Source: Candidatus Aminicenantes bacterium (GTDB taxonomy: Bacteria > Acidobacteriota > Aminicenantia > Aminicenantales > JAFGBC01). From it: DNA of 64,000 bases. Below, one piece after another: positions 8,784 to 18,038 of the stretch. The notes beneath the pieces are model-generated. The model made no database searches. It saw nothing but the letters and a program-made list of their open reading frames with translations, and was not told the DNA's origin. The stretch spans positions 2,464,001-2,528,000 of the forward strand of contig OY969696.1 of assembly GCA_963702005.1 (NCBI GenBank), given 5' to 3'. A program made the position numbers and the translations under genes. Numbering within the stretch: position 1 is the stretch's first letter; each line of letters begins with the position of its first letter.

Positions 8784-11700
8784 TCAGTCCGAAAAGCCGG
8801 GGAGGCGCATGACGATTCGCGTCCCTCTCCCGAGTTCGCTCCAGGCCTCGATCGTCCCACCCTGATCCTCGACGATTTTTTTAGCCAGAGGAAGTCCCAG
8901 GCCCGTTCCGGTCTCTTTCGTCGAGAAATAGGGCTCGAAGATGCGCTCGAGGACGTCGGCGGCCATCCCGATTCCGTTGTCCTCGACCCGGACTTCGATC
9001 ATTGGGCCGACCCGGACGAGGTTGACGGTGATGGCCCCCTGCCCGGGGATGGCTTCGATGGCGTTGATGAGGATATTTCTCAGGGCCAGCTTGAAGCGAA
9101 CCCGGTCTCCCCGGCAGATGAAGCCGCCGCCCCGGACCTCTTCCCGGATGGTGATGCGGTCGGGCAGAATATCGGCGTAGGGCTTGATCGTTTCCCCAAC
9201 GGCTTCCAGGACATCGAAGGGCTCCTGGCGGACCAGGGCTTGCTTGGACGACTCGAGGAAGTCGCGCGCGATCCGGCGCAGGTTTTCGACCTCGCTCGTA
9301 ATATAGGACACGGATTCGCGCAGGGCTTTTTCGAAGTCGGGGTTCTTGTCCTCGAAGACGCGGAGGAGGTGTTCGGCCGAGAGCTGGATCGGTGTCAAGG
9401 GATTTTTAACTTCATGGGCGACCTTGCGGGCCATCTCGGCCCAAGCAGCCTGCTTGCTCATCTCGGCCAGCTCGGCTTCATGGCTCTTCAGGCTCTGGAC
9501 CATGGTGTTGAAGCCGTCGATGAGAGTTTTCATCTCGTCCCGCGAGGCGTGATCGATCCGGACCTCGAGGTTGCCCAGCCCGACCTGGCGGGTTCCGTCC
9601 AAGAGCTTCCGGACGGGGGCCACGATCATCCGGCCCACGGTCCGGGCGAAGACCAACGCCAGGGCCGTGAAGAAAACCGTAATAAAGAACAGAGATTCTA
9701 TGAAATCGCGGGTCGCCCGGGCGACTTCCTGGCGTTCGAAGGGAAAGGGCAGCGAAATGAACAGGAGCGAATCGCGAAAAGGATAGGGGATGGTCAGGTT
9801 CTGGAAGGAATAGGTCCCGATCTTTTGCCTGAGGGTCGCGACCGGAGCTCGTTCGTAGGACAGGGCGTAGGCCACATCCCCGTCCATCAGGTCCGGCAGG
9901 AGTCCGGCATCGAAGAACTCTCGACGGCTCGAGGCCAGGAATCGGCCGTCCCGATACAGGGTGATATCGTTACCGATCGTGGCGCCGATCCAATAGACCA
10001 TATCCTCGGGCAGGGCTTCGGCCCCGGTTTCCTCGTCCGGCCGGAGGGAAAGAAAATCTTCCATGATGCTCCGGGCCGTATGAGCGTAGGTCTCGGCCTT
10101 GGAGATATAGGACTGAGTGAAGATCCTGTCGAAGAAGCCTCTCGTAAAGAGGCTGACCAGGAGGAGCGGCACGAAAGCGATAGCGGCGAAGGAAGCGAAG
10201 ACGCGGGTCGAGAAAGAGCGAAGCGGATTCCGGGGACGCAGCCAGCCCAGGCCGAGGGCGACCGCCAGCGCGGCCAAGGCCGTCAGGCCCGCCGACAGCA
10301 AAAAAAGGCGCATGAAAGCGACGACCAGGGAGACGAATCCCCGCCGGGGGAGGCAGAGGGCGTAGATGCGGTCCTCATGGAGAAAGACGTGGGCATCGTA
10401 GGTCCGGCTCCGGTCGGCCAGAACGGTCCAGCGGGCCGGACCGCCCTCCGCCAGCGCGCCCAGGACGCGTTCCGGCAGCCCCGAGGACAGACGGTGGGGA
10501 TTGAACAGGACGCGGCCGTCTCGGTCGAACACGACGACGGCGAACTCGGTGACCCCGAGCGACGGCAGGGGATTGAGGCGCAGGAGCTCGAAATAGGGAT
10601 TGGCCGAGTAGAGGAAGGGGAGGAGTTCGTCGTCGAGAAGTACGATGACCATGATCCGTCCCAAGTTGGTCTCGCCCTCAAACCAGTCTCGGTAGCCGAT
10701 CAGGAACTCCTTGGCCTTTCCGAAGAAAGGAACCTTGTGCCGGACGACCGTCCAGGACGGGCTGACGGGCAAGGGGAGGTCCCGTCCCGGGATGATGGGG
10801 ATGTTCAGAGAAAAAGACGACAGGCTCTCTCCGTCCGGGCCGAGGATCTCAACCCCGGAATACCAATTGAACCGGGCCAGAAGAGTCCTCTCCCAGAGGG
10901 TATGGGCGAAGTCGGGAATCTCGGGCCTGCCGAGAAAGGCCTGGATGTCCCTCTGCCTGCGGTCCAGCTCGGGCAGGGATTCCCGAGTGAAGAAGGCCGC
11001 CCATTGCTCTTGGGTCACAATGACATCCTTGACCAGGCCTTCCATCAGGCTTCGGTCCCTGCTCCGTGATTCTTTGGCCAGGACGGCGAAAAGGAAGGCG
11101 CTGATCACGACCAGACCTCCGGCCAGGACATCCGTCCGGCCCAGGAGACCGGGCTTCCAGCCGAAGACGAGGATGAGCACCGTCAGAGCGGCTTGGAGGA
11201 CGGCGCCGCTCAAGGGAAGGGCTGCGACTTTGACGCCGAGGATGATGGCGGGGAGGGGGATGACCAGGATCGTGATGAGGAGGGGTAGCCAGCCCTTGGC
11301 GCGGCGGGCGATGAACCGGATCAGGGAGACGGCGACTAAGACTATGCTCATCATGAAAAGCCAGAGTGCCGCATGAAGAAGAAGAAACTCGGGTCGGAAG
11401 GAAAATTCGAGGAGGTCGAGGTTGGAATGGAAAATAATAAGGGAGAGAACCTTACGCCCCAGGACGAGGAGTCCCCAGGTTATGGCCGCCGCGATAAAAG
11501 ATAGAAATACGGCCAGTCCGGGGCTGAGCGTCTGACGGGGATGAGCCTTGGGCCGAAGGATAAATATACCGCACCCGACGACTGCGAATAAAGCGAACGC
11601 GGTCAAGAAGATATCGGCCGGCGACCTGGTCAGCGATCCCAGCGAGGACAAGCCGGCCAGGGACGGCGAGAAAAGAGGCGCGTTCCGGAAGGCGTTCAAG

Positions 11701-12641
11701 CCTCCCAGAACGGTCAAAGTCAGCCTTCCGGCCGTCAGGGTTAGAATGGCGGCCGAACCGCGGGCGAGGCTCCTGTCCCGGAGGAAGGCCGGCGCGAGAA
11801 CGAGGGCGAAAAACAGGCTGACTAGGGAGGCGAGAAGGAAAAAGGCCGATATCCGGGCGAGACGTTCCTGGAGGAGAGCGGAGCTCCCGGCCGGCGAGGG
11901 CGAAGTCAGCGTCACCGTGGCCACGATCCGGCGCTGTTCATTCCGCAGGGGCATGGACAGGGTTTGGACCTCGCTGTCGGGCCGCGGTCGTCCGACGTAA
12001 GAGTCCTGGTTTCGGGCGAAGACGGTCTCAAAGCCCGAAACATCTTCACGGAAGTCCCAGGTGTCGATATCGCAATTTCTGAGGAGCCGGGGCTCGAGAA
12101 ACTGATAATCGTGGAGATAGGACGTTTTGAACTGTGGCAGGAATGCTATCAATCGGAAAAAAACGATACAGGTATCCGCGGTCAGGTCACGGCGCAAAAC
12201 GAGATAGGATGAAGCCTTGTGGACGACGAGCCAAGAAGCTCCCGATTCGGCCAGAAGGACACGTTCCCCGGGAGCCTCGCCCGCGGCCGCGACGTCGAAA
12301 ACGCGCCCTCGCCAGACGAGAAGTTCTCCCGACGGCCGGTAGGCGGCTACGCCCTCGAGGTCGGGCAGGAGCCGGATCCGCCGGAGGAGGTCATGCAGCC
12401 GTTCCGGATCCCTAGGGTAGGGGGGAGGAGGGAGTTGGTCCGGCTTCTTCATGAGCCCGGAGAGGACGCTCGCGAATTCGGACCGGATGGCCTCGGCTTG
12501 GGATCTGAGGTCCCGGAGGCGTTTTTCGGCGTCGGGGACGAAGGGACGGAGCGTCCGAATCCGGGAAAGGCCCAAAAAAACGAGGCAGACGACGAGGGCG
12601 GCTATAGAGCCGACCCAGAGCCCTTTTCGGACGGAACGCAT
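8784..12641 (-). CDS. Very large multi-TM HAMP sensor histidine kinase (NtrY-like transmitter)
   Basis: HAMP region; WAEMARKVAHEVKNPLTPIQL H-box; N.L.NA, EDNGIG, FEPYFSTK, GTGLGL; many hydrophobic segments. Confidence 0.9.
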   Translation of the reverse strand: MRSVRKGLWVGSIAALVVCLVFLGLSRIRTLRPFVPDAEKRLRDLRSQAEAIRSEFASVLSGLMKKPDQLPPPPYPRDPERLHDLLRRIRLLPDLEGVAAYRPSGELLVWRGRVFDVAAAGEAPGERVLLAESGASWLVVHKASSYLVLRRDLTADTCIVFFRLIAFLPQFKTSYLHDYQFLEPRLLRNCDIDTWDFREDVSGFETVFARNQDSYVGRPRPDSEVQTLSMPLRNEQRRIVATVTLTSPSPAGSSALLQERLARISAFFLLASLVSLFFALVLAPAFLRDRSLARGSAAILTLTAGRLTLTVLGGLNAFRNAPLFSPSLAGLSSLGSLTRSPADIFLTAFALFAVVGCGIFILRPKAHPRQTLSPGLAVFLSFIAAAITWGLLVLGRKVLSLIIFHSNLDLLEFSFRPEFLLLHAALWLFMMSIVLVAVSLIRFIARRAKGWLPLLITILVIPLPAIILGVKVAALPLSGAVLQAALTVLILVFGWKPGLLGRTDVLAGGLVVISAFLFAVLAKESRSRDRSLMEGLVKDVIVTQEQWAAFFTRESLPELDRRQRDIQAFLGRPEIPDFAHTLWERTLLARFNWYSGVEILGPDGESLSSFSLNIPIIPGRDLPLPVSPSWTVVRHKVPFFGKAKEFLIGYRDWFEGETNLGRIMVIVLLDDELLPFLYSANPYFELLRLNPLPSLGVTEFAVVVFDRDGRVLFNPHRLSSGLPERVLGALAEGGPARWTVLADRSRTYDAHVFLHEDRIYALCLPRRGFVSLVVAFMRLFLLSAGLTALAALAVALGLGWLRPRNPLRSFSTRVFASFAAIAFVPLLLVSLFTRGFFDRIFTQSYISKAETYAHTARSIMEDFLSLRPDEETGAEALPEDMVYWIGATIGNDITLYRDGRFLASSRREFFDAGLLPDLMDGDVAYALSYERAPVATLRQKIGTYSFQNLTIPYPFRDSLLFISLPFPFERQEVARATRDFIESLFFITVFFTALALVFARTVGRMIVAPVRKLLDGTRQVGLGNLEVRIDHASRDEMKTLIDGFNTMVQSLKSHEAELAEMSKQAAWAEMARKVAHEVKNPLTPIQLSAEHLLRVFEDKNPDFEKALRESVSYITSEVENLRRIARDFLESSKQALVRQEPFDVLEAVGETIKPYADILPDRITIREEVRGGGFICRGDRVRFKLALRNILINAIEAIPGQGAITVNLVRVGPMIEVRVEDNGIGMAADVLERIFEPYFSTKETGTGLGLPLAKKIVEDQGGTIEAWSELGRGTRIVMRLPGFSD

Positions 12642-12650
12642 CTTTCGGCC

Positions 12651-13109
12651 TCAGATCAAAACGGCCTTGATGGCCGCTATCTTCCATTGGGGCGGGGATT
12701 CGGGCGGCCGGGACGAACGGACGTTCCCCTCGGCCGGGAAAGCGGCTTTAAAATAGAAAAAAACCCGGAAGACGTAGAGGTTGCGGTTGCGGCGGTCCCG
12801 GAACGACCAGCGGGCCTTGAGGATGAACCCGAACCGGGGGCCCCAAGAGCCCGGCTCCTTCTCGGGGAAAAATTCGAGCGTCTCGAAGGCGGAGAAGATA
12901 TCTCCGAACAGGAAGGCCGTCTGCTCGGTCGTCAGCTGATCGGAAAAAGAAATGGGCGCGGGGAGGGCGACCAGAACTCGGCCGTCGGGAACCAAGCAGC
13001 CGCGGAAGAGTTTGGGGCTGTTCTGGAGGAAGGCTTTTTCGACGTTTTTGGCCGCAGGGGTCGGGAAAGCTAAAATGAAGGTCAGCCAGGCAACGCTCAG
13101 ATGGAACAC
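12651..13109 (-). CDS. Exported hypothetical protein (possibly NTF2/DUF4783-like)
   Basis: GTG start next to the upstream stop; hydrophobic N-terminus; C-terminal W.I..I strand. Confidence 0.55.
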   Translation of the reverse strand: MFHLSVAWLTFILAFPTPAAKNVEKAFLQNSPKLFRGCLVPDGRVLVALPAPISFSDQLTTEQTAFLFGDIFSAFETLEFFPEKEPGSWGPRFGFILKARWSFRDRRNRNLYVFRVFFYFKAAFPAEGNVRSSRPPESPPQWKIAAIKAVLI

Positions 13110-13110
13110 G

Positions 13111-13506
13111 TTAGCCGGACTTCTTGGTCTGGGAGATCTCCTCGGAGACGATGGTCTTCAGCTCTTCCTTGATCTTATCGATCTTTTCGAGCTTGCTGAT
13201 GATCTTGGCGAAGAGGACGTCCTGGCTCCGGATGCCCTGCTCGATCAGAAAAGCGGCGCTCTCGGAACGGCTTTTAAAGAGTCCGGCGTCGACCAACATG
13301 TTCAGCTTTCTGTTGCAGTCGTCGTTGACGCGGATGGTCAGGACCGTGTTGCGGGAGGCCAGAGCTTTGTCCGCCGCCCTTTTTATCGATTCCGCCGTCC
13401 TAGCGGCGAGATTCTCGACCTGGCTGCCCAGGTCGTCAAGCTTGCTCTGGAGTTTCTTTTCTCTTGTTTCCTGTCCCGGGTTGTCATTGGAATGTTCTCT
13501 ATCCAT
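13111..13506 (-). CDS. Ribbon-helix-helix (CopG-like) protein with flanking coiled coils
   Basis: TVLTIRVNDD...LNMLVDAGLFKSRSESAAFLIEQGI; SD GGAGGT upstream. Confidence 0.7.
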   Translation of the reverse strand: MDREHSNDNPGQETREKKLQSKLDDLGSQVENLAARTAESIKRAADKALASRNTVLTIRVNDDCNRKLNMLVDAGLFKSRSESAAFLIEQGIRSQDVLFAKIISKLEKIDKIKEELKTIVSEEISQTKKSG

Positions 13507-13521
13507 TCCGACACCTCCCAG

Positions 13522-13565
13522 TTGTAATATAGTTACAAATTACAATATTACAAATTTCATGTCAA
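13522..13565 (-). promoter_or_regulatory. Promoter with TTACAA/TTGTAA operator array upstream of the RHH gene
   Basis: TTGTAA 13522, TTACAA at 13533, 13540 and 13548; minus-strand TTGACA-17-TAATTT. Confidence 0.6.
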
Positions 13566-13660
13566 GAGATTTTTTAGGCCCGGATAGGTGACCGGAATTG
13601 ATATCCGGGATAGAATGACTAAGAAAAAATCGGGCGTTACCCGAATCCGGAATCTGCCCT

Positions 13661-13885
13661 TTACTTCTTCTCGGCTTCCTCTTCGAGCTTCTTCGTGCGG
13701 GCTGCGTCCCTCATCGAGCTGATCCCGGCTATCAGGGCGATCAAGCCGCCGAAAAAGAGGATGGGAGGAATGAAGCCCTGAACGACGACTTTGAACGCAT
13801 GCCGCCACTGAGGCTCAAGGACGACGAGACAGACGCCGCCGACCATCGCGATCAGGCCTCCGAGGACAGCGATGAACTTACCCAT
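13661..13885 (-). CDS. Small two-TM membrane protein
   Basis: Two hydrophobic helices, charged tail, SD GGAGG. Confidence 0.7.
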   Translation of the reverse strand: MGKFIAVLGGLIAMVGGVCLVVLEPQWRHAFKVVVQGFIPPILFFGGLIALIAGISSMRDAARTKKLEEEAEKK

Positions 13886-14063
13886 GGTTCAAATCCCTCC
13901 TAAAATTATTTAGATATTCATTAGCCGTTGGTCGGATTATAGCAAAAGGCAAGGGGAGACGCAAGTGACCGAGGAATGAAGCGCGTCGTGATAGCCCGGC
14001 GACGCTACTTGGGATAGAATATCAATAAGGTGCCTTTTATCGTTTGAAGGAGGAGGTCGCTTC

Positions 14064-15137
14064 ATGAAATCATCATCTGTCCGTGCGATTGCATTGGCGG
14101 TGACTCTGGCTTGTCCGTTGATTCCGTTCAGCGCGGCCGTGGCTTCCGAGGCGCCCGGGGAGCTCAGGATCGGCTCCCTTAGAGCGTCTCCGGGCCAAAC
14201 GGTCTCGGGCCTGATCGAAGTCGCCCATCCCGCCGGCGGCACGGTCATTCCGGTGACCTTGATCTGCGGCGCCAAGCCCGGCAAGGTCCTCGGACTCGTG
14301 GCCGGGATTCATGGCTACGAATACCCGCCCATCCTGGCCCTGGACCGGATCAGGACCGAGCTCGATCCCGCGGATCTCGCCGGCTCGATCGTCCTCGTCC
14401 ACATCGCCAACCTCCCCGCCTTCCAGAGGAGGCTTATTTACTACGGTCCCTCGGACTGGAAAAATCTCAACCGGGTCTTCCCCGGAGATGCCCGGGGAAG
14501 CCTGAGCGAGCGCATCGCGTATTTCCTGACAAATGAAGTCATCCTCAAATGCGATGCGCTGATCGATCTCCACTGCGGGGACGCGAACGAGGCCCTCATC
14601 CCGTATACGTACTGGATGATCTCGGGCGACCCCAAGCTCGACGCCGCCTCGAAGGATCTCGCGCTGGCTTTCGGAATCGAGCACATCATCATCGACGAGT
14701 CCAGGACCAAGGATCCGGCCCACTCGCTCTACTTCGGGAATACGGCCGTCCTGCGCGGCAAGCCGGCCGTCACGACCGAGGCTGGCTATCTGGGACGGAC
14801 GGACGAGGAAGACATCGTCCGTAACGTCCGGGGAATAACGAGCGTCCTGAAGTTGTATAAGATCATGGAAGGAACGCCCGACATGGTTCAAGACCCGGTC
14901 TGGATCGACAAATATGAAGTCGTCACTTCGGGCCGGAACGGCCTGTTCCGGCCCCTGGTTGAGCGAGGTTATCATGTCCGGGCCGGACAGCGGGTCGGGC
15001 TGCTGACCGATTACTTCGGCAATGTCCTGGAGGAGGTCCGCGCGCCCTTCACGGGTATCGTTCTTTACATCATCGGAACTCCTCCGGCCAACCAGGGCGA
15101 GCCCCTGTTCGAAGTCGGCCGGGTTAGGGAGGAGTAG
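14064..15137 (+). CDS. Exported M14 succinylglutamate desuccinylase/aspartoacylase family protein
   Basis: Signal peptide; GIHGYE, NLNRVFPG, IDLHCG, TEAG; strong SD. Confidence 0.88.
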   Translation: MKSSSVRAIALAVTLACPLIPFSAAVASEAPGELRIGSLRASPGQTVSGLIEVAHPAGGTVIPVTLICGAKPGKVLGLVAGIHGYEYPPILALDRIRTELDPADLAGSIVLVHIANLPAFQRRLIYYGPSDWKNLNRVFPGDARGSLSERIAYFLTNEVILKCDALIDLHCGDANEALIPYTYWMISGDPKLDAASKDLALAFGIEHIIIDESRTKDPAHSLYFGNTAVLRGKPAVTTEAGYLGRTDEEDIVRNVRGITSVLKLYKIMEGTPDMVQDPVWIDKYEVVTSGRNGLFRPLVERGYHVRAGQRVGLLTDYFGNVLEEVRAPFTGIVLYIIGTPPANQGEPLFEVGRVREE

Positions 15138-15146
15138 CGCGGCGCC

Positions 15147-15734
15147 ATGCGAATCCGGGGGTTTCTGTTCGACCTCGATGGAACCGTCGTCGAGACGTCC
15201 TACGACTGGCCGTTGATCAGGAGGGAGTTGGGCTGCGGCGGGACGCCCATCCTGTCCTATCTCGACGGATTGTCCGAGCCGGAAAGGTCCCGAAAATCGG
15301 GCATCCTGGAGCGTTACGAAGAGGAGCAGACGCGAAGCGCCGCGCTCAAGGAGGGTGTGACGGAATTCCTTGAGCTCCTCGCGGCCCAACGGATCCGAAC
15401 GGCCCTGATCACGAACAACTCCCGCAGGAACGCCGATTATCTGCTGGCTAAGTTCGCCCTGCGCTTCGACGTCGTCCTGACCAGGGAGACCGGGCTCTGG
15501 AAGCCGTCCGGGAAACCCCTGGTCGAAGGAATGAAGCGGCTGGGTGTCGCGAGGGCGGAATGCGCCGCCGTCGGGGACTCCTCCTTCGATGTCCGAGCGG
15601 CCAAGGACGCCGGCGTTCCCCTGATTTTCGTGCTCAACGCGGACGGAACGGCCTTCGCCGCCAAGGAGGTCGAAATCGTCCCGACCATCGTCGCCTTGCG
15701 GGCCCGGATTGAAGGCCTGATCGGAGACTCATGA
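15147..15734 (+). CDS. HAD-superfamily hydrolase
   Basis: FDLDGT, ITNN, KP, VGDS..D..AA. Confidence 0.88.
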   Translation: MRIRGFLFDLDGTVVETSYDWPLIRRELGCGGTPILSYLDGLSEPERSRKSGILERYEEEQTRSAALKEGVTEFLELLAAQRIRTALITNNSRRNADYLLAKFALRFDVVLTRETGLWKPSGKPLVEGMKRLGVARAECAAVGDSSFDVRAAKDAGVPLIFVLNADGTAFAAKEVEIVPTIVALRARIEGLIGDS

Positions 15735-15802
15735 ATCCATCCTTCCGGAAGCGGAGTTATTGAAGATAGAAACGGGACCATCGGCTGCAAAGGAGATATA
15801 AA

Positions 15803-17905
15803 ATGAACGGAACGGCTTGGAAAAACATCGCGGCCAGGACAGCTCTTTTCGCCGGGCTCATCTTGGGTGCCGGAGCCTGGCTGTTCGGCGACGGGTTCAT
15901 CATCCCCAGACAGGACCCGCGCGAGGAAATCCCGCCCCTGACCGTTAAATACCACAGGGTTCAGGTCGAGATCAACAACCAGGTTGCTAAGACCTCTATC
16001 GATCAGGTTTTCATCAACAATTTTGGCCGGGACATCGAGGGGACTTATATCTTTCCCCTGCCGGAAGGCGCATCGATCACGGAGTTCGCCATGTACATCG
16101 GATCGGAACGGGTCCAAGGAGAGATCCTGGACGCGACCCAGGCGCGAAGGATCTACGAAGACATCGTCCGCCGGCTCAAGGATCCCGCCCTGCTCGAGTA
16201 TATCGGCCGGAACATGTTCCGGGCTCGCGTTTTCCCCATTCCGGCCCGGGGAGAAAAGCGGATCCAACTCTCCTATACCGAGGTCCTCAAGGCCGAGCGG
16301 GGGCTGGTCAAATATCTCTATCCGCTCAACACCGAACGTTTTTCGCTCAAGCCCCTCCAGGAGCTGAGCCTGACCGTCAAGGTCGAGTCCAAAATCCCGA
16401 TCGCGACCGTCTATTCGCCCTCCCACAAGGTCTCCGTCCGGAAAGAGGGCGCGAACCTGGCCACGGCCGGATACGAGGCCACGGACGTCAAGCCCGACAA
16501 GGACTTCGTCCTCTTCTACGGGCTTTCCGAGGACGACATCGGACTGTCCTTTGTGAACAGCGAGGGGCCCGACGGAAAATATTTTCTGTTTCTGGCCGCG
16601 CCCCGCTATGCCGACAAGAGAGAGAAGGTCATCAACAAGAACCTCGTCCTCGTCCTCGACAGCTCGGGCTCCATGGGCGGGGCCAAGATCTTCCAAGCCA
16701 AGGACGCGGCCCGGTTCATCATCAATCATCTCGATGAACGGGACGAGTTCTCGATCATCGATTTCGACGACGGCGTGACCCTGTTCAGCGAGGACCTTCT
16801 CCCGGCCTCGGCCGCCAACCGGGATCGCGCCCTCAAGTTCGTGGACGGGATCGAGGACTCGGGGGGAACCAACATTCACGACGCCCTCCTCAAAGCCCTC
16901 GCTAAGCTCCGGACGGGGGATAGGCCGAACTACGTCCTGTTCTTGACCGACGGCCAGCCGACCGTCGGGACGACCGCGACGGGCGAAATTCTTAAGGACG
17001 TCGGGGCGGCCAACGAGGTGCGGGCCCGGCTGTTCGTGTTCGGAGTCGGAAACGACGTCAACACCGAGCTCCTCGACAGCCTCTCGACCAGGAACCGGGG
17101 GACCTCGATCTACGTCGGGGAAAACGAAGATCTTGAGGTCTCCATCTCCAGCTTTTACGAAAAAATTTCCTCGCCCCTCCTGGCCGACTTGTCCCTTAAG
17201 TTCAAGGGGATTGAGGCCCGAGATCTCTATCCCCAGACCCTGCCCGATTTGTTCAAAGGCTCCCAGCTCGTCGTCGTCGGAAAATACGAAGGGGAAGGTC
17301 CGGTCGTGGCGACGCTCTCCGGGAAGGTCGGGAAGGAGGACAAGACCTTCAGTCTCGAAGGCCAGAAGCTGGCCCGGGGAAGCGAGTTCGCCTTTTTGCC
17401 CAGGCTGTGGGCGACGCGCCGGGTCGGGTACCTCCTCGAGGAGATCAGACTCCACGGCCAAAACCCGGAGCTCATCGACGAGGTCAAGAAGCTCGGGCTG
17501 AAGTACGGGATCGTCACGCCCTATACGTCCTATCTCGTTACGGAGAAGGAACAGCTGGTCTTTGAGGCGGCCGCCCCGGCCGCTCAGGACGCCATGAAAA
17601 CGCGGGCGTCGACGGGCGCCGGAGCCGTGATGGCGGCCAAGGTCAGCCAGCGGCTCAAGGCCGACGAACAGGCCTCGCAAGTCGCGTCGAGCCTGATCCG
17701 CTATAAAGAGGACAAGACCTTCTACCTCAAGGACGGCGTATGGGTCGACAGCGAATACAAGGACGGGGAGCAGGTCAAGGAGATCAAATTCAACTCCGAC
17801 GAGTACTTCAAGCTGATCGTGGACAAGCCGGGGATCGGCAAGTATCTGAGTGTCGCAGACAAGCTGATCGTCTGCTTCGGCGGAGTCAATTACAAGATAC
17901 TCTAA
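15803..17905 (+). CDS. Exported VIT and vWA domain protein
   Basis: EGTYIFPLP..A...A..IYE (VIT); DSSGSM, GGTN, LTDG (MIDAS); VTPYTS. Confidence 0.88.
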   Translation: MNGTAWKNIAARTALFAGLILGAGAWLFGDGFIIPRQDPREEIPPLTVKYHRVQVEINNQVAKTSIDQVFINNFGRDIEGTYIFPLPEGASITEFAMYIGSERVQGEILDATQARRIYEDIVRRLKDPALLEYIGRNMFRARVFPIPARGEKRIQLSYTEVLKAERGLVKYLYPLNTERFSLKPLQELSLTVKVESKIPIATVYSPSHKVSVRKEGANLATAGYEATDVKPDKDFVLFYGLSEDDIGLSFVNSEGPDGKYFLFLAAPRYADKREKVINKNLVLVLDSSGSMGGAKIFQAKDAARFIINHLDERDEFSIIDFDDGVTLFSEDLLPASAANRDRALKFVDGIEDSGGTNIHDALLKALAKLRTGDRPNYVLFLTDGQPTVGTTATGEILKDVGAANEVRARLFVFGVGNDVNTELLDSLSTRNRGTSIYVGENEDLEVSISSFYEKISSPLLADLSLKFKGIEARDLYPQTLPDLFKGSQLVVVGKYEGEGPVVATLSGKVGKEDKTFSLEGQKLARGSEFAFLPRLWATRRVGYLLEEIRLHGQNPELIDEVKKLGLKYGIVTPYTSYLVTEKEQLVFEAAAPAAQDAMKTRASTGAGAVMAAKVSQRLKADEQASQVASSLIRYKEDKTFYLKDGVWVDSEYKDGEQVKEIKFNSDEYFKLIVDKPGIGKYLSVADKLIVCFGGVNYKIL

Positions 17906-18038
17906 ATTTGGGGGGCAAGGACTCGGGGCAGGATGGCTCGAAGGCGCTTCAGACCGCTTTCAAAGCCCTTTTTAGAAGAATATATTAAGTGGGGAACTTG
18001 CCTGTGTCGTTCAATATTATTTTAAAGTTATAAGCAAA

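Noticed and set aside
13941-14010. c-di-GMP-I riboswitch-like words (GGCAA...GACGCAA)
   Set aside because: No P2 stem with a GNRA loop between the two words.
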